Positions 42,954 to 53,463 of a stretch of 64,000 nt of DNA are shown here, one piece after another. The stretch lies in the IMG/VR virus record IMGVR_UViG_3300031418_000007. The stretch is one strand, 5' to 3'. The stretch's first letter is position 1; each line of letters opens with the position of its first letter. The translations under genes were made by a program, and so were the position numbers. Source of the stretch: a virus. Lineage: Duplodnaviria; Caudoviricetes. A model generated the notes under the pieces. That model had not been told where the DNA came from and made no database searches. It saw only the letters and a list, made by a program, of their open reading frames with translations.

Positions 42954-45900
42954 TTAGCTGCTGGGGAGATCATGCTGGTACACATAGCTCAATGTACCTT
43001 CATCCATTGGCATGCCGATTGATACCGGGATTGACCCTGCTTTACGTGACGTGGAGAGAATAGCATCTCCGATCATCACAGTAGAGTAACGGTCAATGGT
43101 AAGAATTTGCTTGTCATTGGTGACCACTTTAGCAGCTGGAATCAAACTCAAGTTATGACGAATGCGTTTACCGGACACAATGTAATACGCTGTATCGCCG
43201 TAACAGGTGATATAGATGTAGAACGTTTTGTTAGCCGGAGTGGGGTCGATATCGCGCAGGTCCACTGTACCAGTTGGAGCGTCATACGACGTGCCGTTAA
43301 TTACCAGCTTGGTGCCTGCTTTGAAATAGATAATCCAACCGCTATCAGGATACACAGACGCCAGCAGGTAGTTCTGGTTATTGACGTTGGCGATCATCAC
43401 TGCCGCCCCCGTATAGCTGCGGTCGTACTGTGTACCGTAACCCACACGCGGGATCAACGGAACAGTATCCTCGCGACCATAACCGGTCCCTCGCCAACCC
43501 TGAGACACGAAATCCTGTGTGCCAATATCCCAGACGTAATCAAACGATGGAGCATAGGCACCGCCAGGCACGGTCACCATCCAGCCTGTGTGCAGTTTCA
43601 CCGTATAACGGTTCCCTTCTTTATAGAACGGCCAGTGGTTGCTACCGCCTTGAGAAGGAATATAGATGGAGCGGTTGGTGCCCTGACGTTTATCCCGCCA
43701 AACTGCTCCCTGCCTAACCAAGGTCGGGTTCGTTAACTGAATAACGGGAACGCCCACGCTGCTGGTCGGGTAATTAGTCTGTTGGAGATTCAGTGCAATT
43801 ACCTGCCCCATGATCATTGACCGATCTACGTCTGAGTAACCAAAGATCTGCGCAAAGCACGGTAAGCCCGCTGCCAACGGCGTCGTGGCTTGTGCCTGGT
43901 ACGGAATCATAACCTTGATCACCGCATAAGACATTTGAGCAGCTTCAGTGACGAACATGGCTTTGATCTGGTTCAACACCCCGGGGTTAATTCCGTAATA
44001 GGACGTTGGAGTCACTACCATCGTCAGGTTGTCATCGTTGTACACTTTCTGGAAGGTACGCGGAACAGAAATCAAACTGTCAACCATGTCATTGATGCGG
44101 TCACTGTACGGGAATTGAGAACGCCAACCATTATTCTCAAAGATCGCCTGTACCACTGACATAGACATGTCGCCACACTCCACACCTGCGGCATCCAGCG
44201 CCGCACTGTTTCCCGTGAACATCGCCATAGGGTAGTTGAAACCTACGTTGGTGCTGTAGACGGTGTTGACCAGAGGACGCCCTAACAGATTACCCAGCTT
44301 TAAGTTAGTCAACCCAGGACGAGACGCGTAGCCACCGCTAACCTTACGATAGATTTCTACCTGACTGCGACCCACTTTATCCCACGCTGGCACGAACTCA
44401 CCCTCACGGTCCCACACAGGATGTAACGCACCGGTGCCTTCTGCGGTGGGTGCAGTGACTGCCTGATTGGTGCGGGTGTAGACGATGTTGTTATTCAACA
44501 GATGCGTCTTAACGCCATCGGCGGCGTTGTTCGCCGCAGTTACCGCTACCCCTAACTGCATAGGAAAAGTTGTGGTGGAGTTCTGAGACACAACGAAGAT
44601 ATAGTCGCCAGTAGGCAACACCGCCATGGCGCAGGCAAAGTCAATGCCCACGGACTGATCAACAAACCCCACACTTTCCGCACCAGGAGGATATACACCC
44701 GTGGTGGTATCCGCTGTGACAATCGGTGAACTGTCTAGCAGTGACATTTGACCACTGTTCACATCCATGCGATAGGCATACTGGAAGTTCATGTAGAAGT
44801 TAGTCTGAGGCACACGTTGGTCATCAAAGATAAACGGTCGAAGATGAAAACGCATAACCAGAACATCCGTAGATTCTTCAGCAAAGAAAATCGGGTCCGA
44901 GAAACGATAGGAAATACCGCGTGTAGGTGGATTGAAGTTCCATAAGTAGCGAACGATCATGCCGTTACCGTCACGTGCGGTTTCGTCGGGGAAGAACCAC
45001 TGCTGGTTACTTTTACCGCGGCCAGCGAGATCAATGTAGTTCACATTCATCAACGCAGGAGTTAACACATTGCCCTGACCCAGTGATGATTTCGACACAC
45101 GGTAGAATGCCATGCCGTTGTTGTCACCGTTAGGGTTATTCGCCGCAAAGATAATCCAGTTCTTGGTACTCATTACCGTGTTGGGGTAATAACCCTGTTG
45201 GAAGTCCTGGTGTGGCAAACTCGAGAGATTCACTTCGGTAAAGACATGCGTAGCTGGGTTCAGTGTGCCGTTGGTCAATGACACCCACCATTTGTTTTTA
45301 GTAGAATCCCCAACCACCAACACGTCCTGTCCCGATCCACGCATCACTGTGTCCAGCACATAACCTGCGGCTTTCAATAACGGGTTCTCGTACTTGAAGC
45401 CAGTGAATAACAGATTGGGAACCTGGGCCTTATAGTTCTCGATATAGCTGAAATACAGAGCCTTAACACGTCCATCGAAGTGACGCTTGATCATCATCAC
45501 ACGACCGTTGTTTTCCAGACAGATCGCCGCCATGTTGGTGTCGGTGCCGATGCCTTCAAAACTCCCGTCGATCACAGGAGGCAGGTAGTCAGATGAACTC
45601 AACATAGAGATCGGCAACGTACCGTTCTTCATCAGCATCGAGGTATCAGGCGATTGTGCAATAACCGCCTGAACTGCGCCGGCTGGCGTTGAGAACAGGT
45701 CAGAACGTGTGCCGTCGATATCCTGCTGAATCGTGGCTGTGGCAAAGTTATCCACGTTGCCCAACAGTAGATCAAAGGCGGTTACCTTGTGCGGGTTACC
45801 GTAATTCTTGCCGTGCGCATCCAGCTTGTTACTCACCAATTTGTATTGTGTGATCAACGCATCCAACACTTGACGGACGTTGCTGTAGATCTCATCAACG

Positions 45901-46433
45901 TTCTGCTGCGTACGCACTTGACGTTCGGCTAATGCCAGCATATAACGACACATCATAACGATGTCGTCCCAGCCCAGCAGTTCTTCAGGCAGGTGCCAGT
46001 GTTCACTGGGTGGTAACGTGGCCGGGATCTGGATGACCTTGCTCCACGGAATCTTGTCTCCACCATGGATAATGGCGTAGATCTGTTCTTCCAGAGAAGC
46101 CCGCGGAACATAGGCGACACCCACTGAGTGGTAACTGATTACCAGACTATCTTCCTGCTCTAACAGAGAAGAGTCCAGCTCAATAAAGGTGTTGATGTCC
46201 AGTCCGGTCATCTCAATAAGCGGCATGGGTTTAAAACATTCTTTCCAACCCGTAGTAACAGGTTGTCCGTCCGAGGTTTTGATCTTTACTGAACCTGCGA
46301 CAAAAGGAGCACCGTTGGGAACAATCCAGGGACAGGTTTTATCGGTAAGTTTCTGAACCTCATCTTTTATATCGTTATTGGTATTTGTCCCATGCGGATC
46401 AAACGCCAAGTTTGGCCACATTTCAATAAACAT
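42954..46433 (-). CDS. Large tail fibre/virion protein, paralogue
   Basis: PFDP-like N-terminus, HGKNYGNPHKVT...LGNVDNFATAT, PPVIDGSFEG.G, LSTSRKAGSIP. Confidence 0.75.
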   Translation of the reverse strand: MFIEMWPNLAFDPHGTNTNNDIKDEVQKLTDKTCPWIVPNGAPFVAGSVKIKTSDGQPVTTGWKECFKPMPLIEMTGLDINTFIELDSSLLEQEDSLVISYHSVGVAYVPRASLEEQIYAIIHGGDKIPWSKVIQIPATLPPSEHWHLPEELLGWDDIVMMCRYMLALAERQVRTQQNVDEIYSNVRQVLDALITQYKLVSNKLDAHGKNYGNPHKVTAFDLLLGNVDNFATATIQQDIDGTRSDLFSTPAGAVQAVIAQSPDTSMLMKNGTLPISMLSSSDYLPPVIDGSFEGIGTDTNMAAICLENNGRVMMIKRHFDGRVKALYFSYIENYKAQVPNLLFTGFKYENPLLKAAGYVLDTVMRGSGQDVLVVGDSTKNKWWVSLTNGTLNPATHVFTEVNLSSLPHQDFQQGYYPNTVMSTKNWIIFAANNPNGDNNGMAFYRVSKSSLGQGNVLTPALMNVNYIDLAGRGKSNQQWFFPDETARDGNGMIVRYLWNFNPPTRGISYRFSDPIFFAEESTDVLVMRFHLRPFIFDDQRVPQTNFYMNFQYAYRMDVNSGQMSLLDSSPIVTADTTTGVYPPGAESVGFVDQSVGIDFACAMAVLPTGDYIFVVSQNSTTTFPMQLGVAVTAANNAADGVKTHLLNNNIVYTRTNQAVTAPTAEGTGALHPVWDREGEFVPAWDKVGRSQVEIYRKVSGGYASRPGLTNLKLGNLLGRPLVNTVYSTNVGFNYPMAMFTGNSAALDAAGVECGDMSMSVVQAIFENNGWRSQFPYSDRINDMVDSLISVPRTFQKVYNDDNLTMVVTPTSYYGINPGVLNQIKAMFVTEAAQMSYAVIKVMIPYQAQATTPLAAGLPCFAQIFGYSDVDRSMIMGQVIALNLQQTNYPTSSVGVPVIQLTNPTLVRQGAVWRDKRQGTNRSIYIPSQGGSNHWPFYKEGNRYTVKLHTGWMVTVPGGAYAPSFDYVWDIGTQDFVSQGWRGTGYGREDTVPLIPRVGYGTQYDRSYTGAAVMIANVNNQNYLLASVYPDSGWIIYFKAGTKLVINGTSYDAPTGTVDLRDIDPTPANKTFYIYITCYGDTAYYIVSGKRIRHNLSLIPAAKVVTNDKQILTIDRYSTVMIGDAILSTSRKAGSIPVSIGMPMDEGTLSYVYQHDLPSS

Positions 46434-46443
46434 GAAAACTCCT

Positions 46444-46466
46444 GGGGGAGAGTTGTCCCCTCCCCG
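46444..46466 (-). repeat. Intergenic hairpin-RBS junction repeat
   Basis: ggggaggggacaactctccccc-aggagttttcATG. Confidence 0.7.
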
Positions 46467-46474
46467 TTAAAAGG

Positions 46475-49400
46475 TTAGCCTTGAATAATTTCAGGTGTAC
46501 GAATCCACGCCATCTGACCTTCCTCTGTAATCGCGCCTGTAACCGCCGGTATGGCGCCGCCACGTTTCACTTCACTCACACGTGCGCCATTAAGTAACAG
46601 GGCGTTAAAACGCGTGATATCGATGATTTGCGTGGCATTGGTGGTTACGGTACCAATCCAGATGTTGTAGATGGTGTCAAAGGTTTTGGTTTCACTGATG
46701 ACATAGGTCGCTACGCCATTGACCAGACGAGCATACAGATAGAACTTCGTATTACCCGGATCACCCTTGATAGAACGCAAGTCAACAGCGCCGGAACCCA
46801 ACTGGTAACTCTTGCCGTTAAAGATCACGTCGATATCGGTTTGGAAGAACAGCGTCCACGCCGGGTCTGGATAACAGGAGATCAATGCATAGACAGTACC
46901 GTTAGCATTGACGATCTCAGCCGTTGCACCAGTGACGTTGGGGTTGTACTTTCCACCCAAGCCGACCTTCGGAATCATCACCTGGTTGTTTGCTCCTTCC
47001 CATGACTGGTTATAGTTCGGGAGCAGGTTACTCACTGCCTGAGTAGAGGTGTCTACACTGAACACCGTACCGCAGCACGCTGAGTTGCCGATGTGACTCG
47101 TTCTGTACAGCGTGTTAAACGCCACACGGATGGTGTTACCGCTGTAGTAAAGACTTACAACGTTTTCACCCTGTCCATCAGAACCGTAGGTGAACTCCCA
47201 CTGTGTTGGTGTCAACCACAGCTGCTGGTTCATCGACTGGATATCACCACTGCTGATTACCGAGAAGCCGGTAACAATCCAGTTATTCGCATCAGCCTGA
47301 TTGTAGGTAACACGAATAGTGGCAACCACGTGACGACGTGCCTGATTCTTGACATCTCCATAAACCACCTGAACCAGAATCGGCTTCGTACCCACATTAC
47401 CCGGGATGGTGCTGACATCCGCAATTGACACCAGGCTATCGGGAGAATCCTGATAAGCCGCGGGAATCAATGCTTTGGCAATCTGACGCACCATGGCATC
47501 GGGATAGGTAATAAATGACGTCGGCAGGAAGTTCCAATCCGTGCTGTTGATCTTGAAGTTGTTATTGGTTCTCGCCAGCACGATTGTGCGGTCCGATTTA
47601 ACAACTGACGCCCAGGCACTGTGCGGATTCTTGTAAATACGTCCCTCAACACCCACACCCAACGAGGTCGCACCAAAGTTCAAGCCAGAGTTGGACAGGA
47701 ACGTGGTATCACCTGAGATACCCACACGCGGTTGAGCGTAGGGAATCCCTGTACGATAAACAGCATTCGACAATGGACGCGAATAGATGTTAGCAATATC
47801 CAGGTTGGTTAAGCTGGGCCGAACCGCGTATTCTCCACTGACTTCACGGAAGAAGATCTCACGACCACCATTGGAATATTTGGTTACTGCATTAAAGAAC
47901 TCACCCGCACCAGACCAACTCACCGCAGTAGGGTAAATCGAATACGCCAGAGGCGATGCGATGGCCTCTGTGGTAAGAACGACTTGTATGTTAGGGAAGT
48001 TGGCTTTTTCCAAACGTTTGGACAGCGTCTCGTAAGCAGACTTACCGCCGGTTTTAATTAAGTAACAACCGTGTGGGGTGCGGAAAGCCGAGTTCGTTTG
48101 AGACACCAACAAGTTACCGTCACTGAACGCCATCGTGCAGTTTTCTGCAAAGTACTGAGTTAAGTATGAATTTTCCCAACTTCCCCAATAACTTGTCAGC
48201 TGACCATCAATCGTCAACGGGTTCGACGAATCAATAGTCGGAGAAGCCTTGCTTTGAACTTGTGTCATTACGCCTGAGAACACATTAAACTCGTAGTTGA
48301 GTTCATAGGTATGACTGAACGAGTAGGAACCTCGTGTTGCGTCGATACCAGGCGTAAACGAGTGACTCAGGAACTTCATCAAGAAGATGCCCGGTCGGTT
48401 AGGGATAGCACAAGTCACGGTGGCGGCAGTGCGGTAAAAGGTATTGCCGACCTCGGTTAAATTAAGCGGATTACTATACCGGTTAATCAATCGAGTCACC
48501 AAGCCATTAGCGTCGCGCTGGATCTCGGCCCAAACAAAATAATCGTTGTTGCTGAAAGCACGACCGTCTTGGTTGGTAAACGTGAGCTTCATTGGTGTAG
48601 GGGTGAGTGTGTTACCTGACACAAAACTGTTCTTCGCCAAACGCCAAATACGACGATGACTGCGTCCGATGTTCTCACCACCTGTAGGATCCGCCATAGC
48701 CTGAACAATGATGACGTAATCACCCATGAGATGCGCAGACAGGAAATCCGTTTGCAGGTAGTTCTGGTCAAAACCGGTGACGTCCAATTCGCACATCACG
48801 TGGTAGCCCGGATCCAGTGTGCCATTCGTCAGGGCAATAAACCAACGCTTGGTGCGGGAAGAACCCACCAACAGCACTTCACCACCGCTGCCTTGTCCCA
48901 CCATGTTGGGGTTCTGGCTTTTTGCCGTTAACACCGGATGGGTATAACGGTAGCTCTGGTAGTTCATCTTCAGCGCATTCGGGTAACCGGTGATGATACT
49001 AAAGTAGAGTCCCTCGCTGCGCCCGTCGAAGTGGTTAGACAGGTAACTGATCGTACCGTCACTCTCTAGGCAAATTGCCGCACCTTCATGCTGTGATCCC
49101 AACCCCTCAAAGCTTCCCCCGATAGCAGGTGGAATAAACGACGTATTACCGTAAAACGAGATCGGCAGAACGTTGGACTTCAAAAAGGCGTCAGTGGAGT
49201 AACCGTAACGTCTGATGATCTGTTCCAAGGAGCTCGGCGTCAGCCGCATGTTGGGTGTGCCGTTGATAGCCTGGTCCAGAGAGGCCGTAGGGATGTTTTC
49301 CACTAGCCCCTTGCCAATCTGTGTCTTGGTGAGTCCATGCTCGTCATACTGCTCTGTGTGGCGTTTCAGCGCCTTCTGGACAATGACGGTATTGCGGTCA

Positions 49401-49972
49401 AAGTAGTTCTTTACCAGATTGGTCTGTGCCTGCAAAGCAATAGGGCTTACTGCTGGACTGATCTTGCTAAGGTTATCCGCCCAGATATCAATCAGTTCAA
49501 TGATGTCCTGGAAGTTGGTAACATCATAAGGCAGCAGATGCGTGTGGAACATTGGATCAAACACCACCGGTTTATCGTGGATGTTCTTCCACTTAATCAA
49601 CCGAGTGTCATTGGCTGCGGAGTTAATCAGCTCAATCAGTGAACGATCGAACAGGGGCGAACTCCCTACCGCATGGTAATCCATGTACATGGTTTTCAGG
49701 TTGGGGTTCAGCACTTCTATCAGAGCAGCGACACTCTGCGCACACATCGCAGAAAGCGAACCCATCATACGAAAGATTCGGTAGTCAGTGCCTTTAATCA
49801 GTTCCCGCCCCTTGTCATCACGTAACACTAATGAGTCACTAAAGAAGGGAGCATGAAGCGGAACAAATACGTTCTGGTCATCACGTAACACGTATTGTTC
49901 GTTAGGAACTTTGTTAACCTCGAACTCACGATTGATGTCGAGCTTGTAATCTCGAATGATGGGGTAGTTCAT
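46475..49972 (-). CDS. Large tail fibre/virion protein, paralogue
   Basis: FVP.HAPFF..S, EHGLTK.QIG.G.VEN.PTA, PPAIGGSFEGLG, KRGGAIP; collinear with 42954-46433. Confidence 0.75.
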   Translation of the reverse strand: MNYPIIRDYKLDINREFEVNKVPNEQYVLRDDQNVFVPLHAPFFSDSLVLRDDKGRELIKGTDYRIFRMMGSLSAMCAQSVAALIEVLNPNLKTMYMDYHAVGSSPLFDRSLIELINSAANDTRLIKWKNIHDKPVVFDPMFHTHLLPYDVTNFQDIIELIDIWADNLSKISPAVSPIALQAQTNLVKNYFDRNTVIVQKALKRHTEQYDEHGLTKTQIGKGLVENIPTASLDQAINGTPNMRLTPSSLEQIIRRYGYSTDAFLKSNVLPISFYGNTSFIPPAIGGSFEGLGSQHEGAAICLESDGTISYLSNHFDGRSEGLYFSIITGYPNALKMNYQSYRYTHPVLTAKSQNPNMVGQGSGGEVLLVGSSRTKRWFIALTNGTLDPGYHVMCELDVTGFDQNYLQTDFLSAHLMGDYVIIVQAMADPTGGENIGRSHRRIWRLAKNSFVSGNTLTPTPMKLTFTNQDGRAFSNNDYFVWAEIQRDANGLVTRLINRYSNPLNLTEVGNTFYRTAATVTCAIPNRPGIFLMKFLSHSFTPGIDATRGSYSFSHTYELNYEFNVFSGVMTQVQSKASPTIDSSNPLTIDGQLTSYWGSWENSYLTQYFAENCTMAFSDGNLLVSQTNSAFRTPHGCYLIKTGGKSAYETLSKRLEKANFPNIQVVLTTEAIASPLAYSIYPTAVSWSGAGEFFNAVTKYSNGGREIFFREVSGEYAVRPSLTNLDIANIYSRPLSNAVYRTGIPYAQPRVGISGDTTFLSNSGLNFGATSLGVGVEGRIYKNPHSAWASVVKSDRTIVLARTNNNFKINSTDWNFLPTSFITYPDAMVRQIAKALIPAAYQDSPDSLVSIADVSTIPGNVGTKPILVQVVYGDVKNQARRHVVATIRVTYNQADANNWIVTGFSVISSGDIQSMNQQLWLTPTQWEFTYGSDGQGENVVSLYYSGNTIRVAFNTLYRTSHIGNSACCGTVFSVDTSTQAVSNLLPNYNQSWEGANNQVMIPKVGLGGKYNPNVTGATAEIVNANGTVYALISCYPDPAWTLFFQTDIDVIFNGKSYQLGSGAVDLRSIKGDPGNTKFYLYARLVNGVATYVISETKTFDTIYNIWIGTVTTNATQIIDITRFNALLLNGARVSEVKRGGAIPAVTGAITEEGQMAWIRTPEIIQG

Positions 49973-49981
49973 GCGATTGCC

Positions 49982-50728
49982 TTATGATAAGTTCAAGTTA
50001 CCGTTTGCCAGGCGTTTCAGGACTTCCATCAGCAGACCCATGGTAATAAACACGTTGGGGTTTTTACCGCCGATATCCTGGACTGTGCCGGTAGGGAAGT
50101 TGTCCACCTTGCCCAGGCCCACCATTGATGCGTCTGCTTTGTGCGCGGTATCCAGCTCGGCATCCAAGTGTGCCTGCAACAGCGACATGATAGTGTTGGG
50201 GTCAGTGGTGCGTACGGTGATGATCTGACGCAGCAGCTGCATCATGTCATAGACGTTGTACACCAGATTAACCGGGTGTTCGTGTGGGTCAGACGGCCAT
50301 TCAGTGGGAATGCCAACAAAGTCTTCCCAATACGCTTCGCGGTCGTGGTTCAGCAGGTTCGCCACCATCTCTGCGTAGGCGATCTCATCCAGCACAAACT
50401 TACCACCGATCGTGTTGTAACGAATCACATAGTTGCCGGTGTTGGGTGCGGGAATAACCACTGAACCCATGACGTTGATTTGGTACTTTTTGATAAAGAC
50501 GTCAAAGGGGTTCGCCAACGCCGCCTGGTTTCCCAGGGATAGGCGGGTTCCGGTGATGGTACCGTCTTGGTTAATAGTGGCGTTGCTGTACAGCTCAAAA
50601 TCGTTTAAGAAAAACGGTGCTGCACGGGGAATATAAAGGTTGCGTTCAGGGGTCAGGGTGAATGACTCAGTCACGCGGTTATTAACGTTGGTGTTATACG
50701 GATTGTACGGATACGTAATCTGTGCCAT
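49982..50728 (-). CDS. Virion protein, short member of the same family
   Basis: YPYNPY...N.V.ESF, PRAAPFF, WE...P..WP.DPHEH, AH......VGLGKVDNF. Confidence 0.75.
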   Translation of the reverse strand: MAQITYPYNPYNTNVNNRVTESFTLTPERNLYIPRAAPFFLNDFELYSNATINQDGTITGTRLSLGNQAALANPFDVFIKKYQINVMGSVVIPAPNTGNYVIRYNTIGGKFVLDEIAYAEMVANLLNHDREAYWEDFVGIPTEWPSDPHEHPVNLVYNVYDMMQLLRQIITVRTTDPNTIMSLLQAHLDAELDTAHKADASMVGLGKVDNFPTGTVQDIGGKNPNVFITMGLLMEVLKRLANGNLNLS

Positions 50729-50815
50729 TGCAGCCTCTGATTAAATTCTATGTTAAGTCTATTAAAGGGGAATGAATTCATAAAATCTCCCCGACCTCAC
50801 AGAAAAGGGAAAAGC

Positions 50816-52045
50816 ATGTATACCTTTAAACGTTCTATCATTCGCTACGTCACCGGACCTATGGGGTTAATTCCGTTTGATGTTTCCGCGATTCCCTTGA
50901 ATGCTTTTTACAAGTATTTCAAGGAAGCCATTATTGTGCTCGAGGATTCCCTGTATAAAAACACGGTGTCTATCAAGTACACTGACTATCAGGCGGCATT
51001 CTCGGCGTATGCAGGGACAATCCAGCAGTGGTTAAATGATCACCAAGCAGATGTCCTGAAAACCTACGACGAATTCCCTAAAGACGTTTACCGTACGGTT
51101 ACGCTGCACGACATTCAGTACGAATGGTTTAGTCTGCTGCCGGGTAATGTCGCGATGAGCTCTCGTGACCAAGATTTGATTAACATCAATGACGCGCCTG
51201 ACATTCGTGTTAAGAAAACCAATCACAGTCAAGTTGACTACGCTGATCTGCAAAAGTCCACATTGTGGTTAATGAACAACCATGTGGTGCGCAGCACAGC
51301 GGACGACAGCAACATCTATTTAGTGGGTGCGGGTAAACACTTCAAGGTTAATAGCAATACCCATGTTTGCTGCATGAATTTCAAAGGTATAGGGGAGATC
51401 CATCAGTCACCGATTACGAATGATGATATCTCTTATGTGGTGGATGGTTCTTCTCGCCATCTTAAAGTACGTTATAAGGAGACACTGAAAGACAAAACCG
51501 TATGGATGGTTATTGGAGGTCGGCTGTACATGAGTGACGTCATTGCTCAGACAGACGACAACGCCGTAATGGTGAATATCACCAAGGTCGATTGGTTTGA
51601 TAAGATCTTTACCAGTCGTGGATGGCTTGATCTCTCACGGGTGTTGAAACCAGACGTAGTAGCAGTGGGACCTGAGTTCTTTGAAACCGAAGAATTCTTC
51701 CGTAATCTGTTGACCGATGTTTCTTCGTTCTTTGTGGTGATCGATAATCCCAATCTTGTGGTAACCCATATACCCGTCGGCGAATACCACTTCCCGTTTA
51801 CGTATTACACTGAACGGAAAGACAAACTGCCGTTGCTGCTTAGCAATGGATTAATGCCCAAATATTCGTTACGTAAACACGTGGATAAACGTTTGCTGGA
51901 TATCGATGCCGGTTTACACAAGCGCTTTACTTTCCACTCTTCCGGGTTAAACAACGGTGGTTTATATCATGGGGTAGTCAATCTTGGCTTCTCAGAACGC
52001 TACAACCGTGGCTACCTATTAGAAATCAAAGCCCTATTGCAATAG
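50816..52045 (+). CDS. Conserved phiKZ-like virion structural protein
   Basis: Start MYTFKR at 50816; LWLMNNHV, LVGAG, VWMVIGGRLY and LTD.SSFFVVID motifs recalled from phiKZ-like virion proteins. Confidence 0.55.
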   Translation: MYTFKRSIIRYVTGPMGLIPFDVSAIPLNAFYKYFKEAIIVLEDSLYKNTVSIKYTDYQAAFSAYAGTIQQWLNDHQADVLKTYDEFPKDVYRTVTLHDIQYEWFSLLPGNVAMSSRDQDLININDAPDIRVKKTNHSQVDYADLQKSTLWLMNNHVVRSTADDSNIYLVGAGKHFKVNSNTHVCCMNFKGIGEIHQSPITNDDISYVVDGSSRHLKVRYKETLKDKTVWMVIGGRLYMSDVIAQTDDNAVMVNITKVDWFDKIFTSRGWLDLSRVLKPDVVAVGPEFFETEEFFRNLLTDVSSFFVVIDNPNLVVTHIPVGEYHFPFTYYTERKDKLPLLLSNGLMPKYSLRKHVDKRLLDIDAGLHKRFTFHSSGLNNGGLYHGVVNLGFSERYNRGYLLEIKALLQ

Positions 52046-52057
52046 GATTTACTCACT

Positions 52058-52528
52058 ATGATCGAACAAGTTGAAAATGTTGTTGAGACTGCTGTTAAGT
52101 CTCGTTTACCGGCGTTTGCCAAATACGGGGCCTGGTTCCTGGTGTTGGCATTAAGCGTTACCGCCCTCTTGCTGAGTGGTATCGCACTACAGCGCAGTAA
52201 GCTGGACAACAACACGATTAAGAACATTAGTCAAATAACTGAACGTCTGGAACGCACTGCCTCGCGTCTGGACGCGATCACCAACAACAGTAATATGTTC
52301 AATCGGAACCAGAGTGATTATCTTCACTCTACCGATCGAGACGCACAGGGGAATTACGATGCCTTCTCTAAAAAGTTTGGTGGTGTTGATCTGTCTATTG
52401 ATGACGGCACTAACAGCTGGTTGTTCTCACAAGACAACAGTTTCGGAAGCCAGCAATCAAATGGAAATCAAAAGTCAGGAGATTCTGATAAATGGCTACG
52501 TGAACAAGGTGGTCGCTCTAAAGGCTGA
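52058..52528 (+). CDS. Inner-membrane spanin (Rz-like)
   Basis: N-terminal TM (WFLVLALSVTALLLSGIAL) followed by a coiled coil; overlapped by a lipoprotein ORF in another frame. Confidence 0.7.
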   Translation: MIEQVENVVETAVKSRLPAFAKYGAWFLVLALSVTALLLSGIALQRSKLDNNTIKNISQITERLERTASRLDAITNNSNMFNRNQSDYLHSTDRDAQGNYDAFSKKFGGVDLSIDDGTNSWLFSQDNSFGSQQSNGNQKSGDSDKWLREQGGRSKG

Positions 52529-52814
52529 TCTCACCAAAGTCGCACCGGAACTGGATGTGCAGAACAATCCAGAACCTACGTCGGTACAGCCTGAACTCGG
52601 TACCTTCTTAACTGCCAACGATTGCAGCACAGCAGCGGATAAAGATGTCTGCTATACCCGGACCAAACTTGTATTGATCAAGATGGCTAGACGTATTGAT
52701 TATCTGTCCAGTCGTCTCTATGTAAGTAAAGGCACAATCAATAATCTGGTACAAAATCTCAACGAGGTTATTTCTGGATTGGATTCTGTTAAGTTACAGC
52801 AAAGCAAAAAGTAA
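52359..52814 (+). CDS. Outer-membrane lipoprotein spanin (Rz1-like)
   Basis: MPSLKSLVVLICLLMTALTAGC lipobox; its start lies 170 nt inside the i-spanin gene. Confidence 0.7.
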   Translation: MPSLKSLVVLICLLMTALTAGCSHKTTVSEASNQMEIKSQEILINGYVNKVVALKADLTKVAPELDVQNNPEPTSVQPELGTFLTANDCSTAADKDVCYTRTKLVLIKMARRIDYLSSRLYVSKGTINNLVQNLNEVISGLDSVKLQQSKK

Positions 52815-52823
52815 AGCATATTA

Positions 52824-52853
52824 CTACTCTACTCCCACCAGGGAGTAGAGTAG
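52824..52853. terminator. Bidirectional terminator
   Basis: ctactctactccc-acca-gggagtagagtag. Confidence 0.8.
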
Positions 52854-52919
52854 CTTATAGTTATGTTTAACCCACCTCGTCCCGGGTATTGTCGAGACTG
52901 TCATAAAAGGTAGGGGGTA

Positions 52920-53450
52920 TTACTTTACCGAGATCCAAACTTGATTGTTGAGATCCCACAGGTCACCGGGTGATGGCTGTGGTGTAGTGGTGCGGACAAA
53001 GCCAGCGCCACTGAGATCGGTAGTGTCATTAACGGTAAGAAACGTGCGGGTTTGAGCATTCCACCAGTAGAACGACGGCTGGTCTTGAGCAGGGTCTTGA
53101 GCACCGAGCCTACGCAGCAAGATGTTCTTGGCCTTTTCACCTAAACCGGTGTTCGACAAAATCGTGGAGATGGTCTTGTTGGCATTGCTGAAACTCATGG
53201 CGCAAATCGTCACACCCACTGTCATGATGAAGAAGTGCCATTCGCCTGGCCAGCCTTTGCCTGCCTGTACAGAAAGGCGGGTAGTGTAGGCGTCCATAAC
53301 GGCGATTAAGCACATTGTGAACACCACCACCGTACCGCACAGGTACCGTACAATCGCCCCCCACTTGCCAAAGAACTGGGATTCAAGTCCCGTGCCTTTG
53401 GCCGGCGGGAGTGTTTCTTCCCGGGGCAGTTCTTGTTCTTGTGTAGTCAT
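52920..53450 (-). CDS. Two-TM holin-like membrane protein with C-terminal extension
   Basis: TM1 YLCGTVVVFTMCLIAV, TM2 WHFFIMTVGVTICAM; converges on the spanins. Confidence 0.45.
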   Translation of the reverse strand: MTTQEQELPREETLPPAKGTGLESQFFGKWGAIVRYLCGTVVVFTMCLIAVMDAYTTRLSVQAGKGWPGEWHFFIMTVGVTICAMSFSNANKTISTILSNTGLGEKAKNILLRRLGAQDPAQDQPSFYWWNAQTRTFLTVNDTTDLSGAGFVRTTTPQPSPGDLWDLNNQVWISVK

Positions 53451-53463
53451 GAGTACAAAACCC

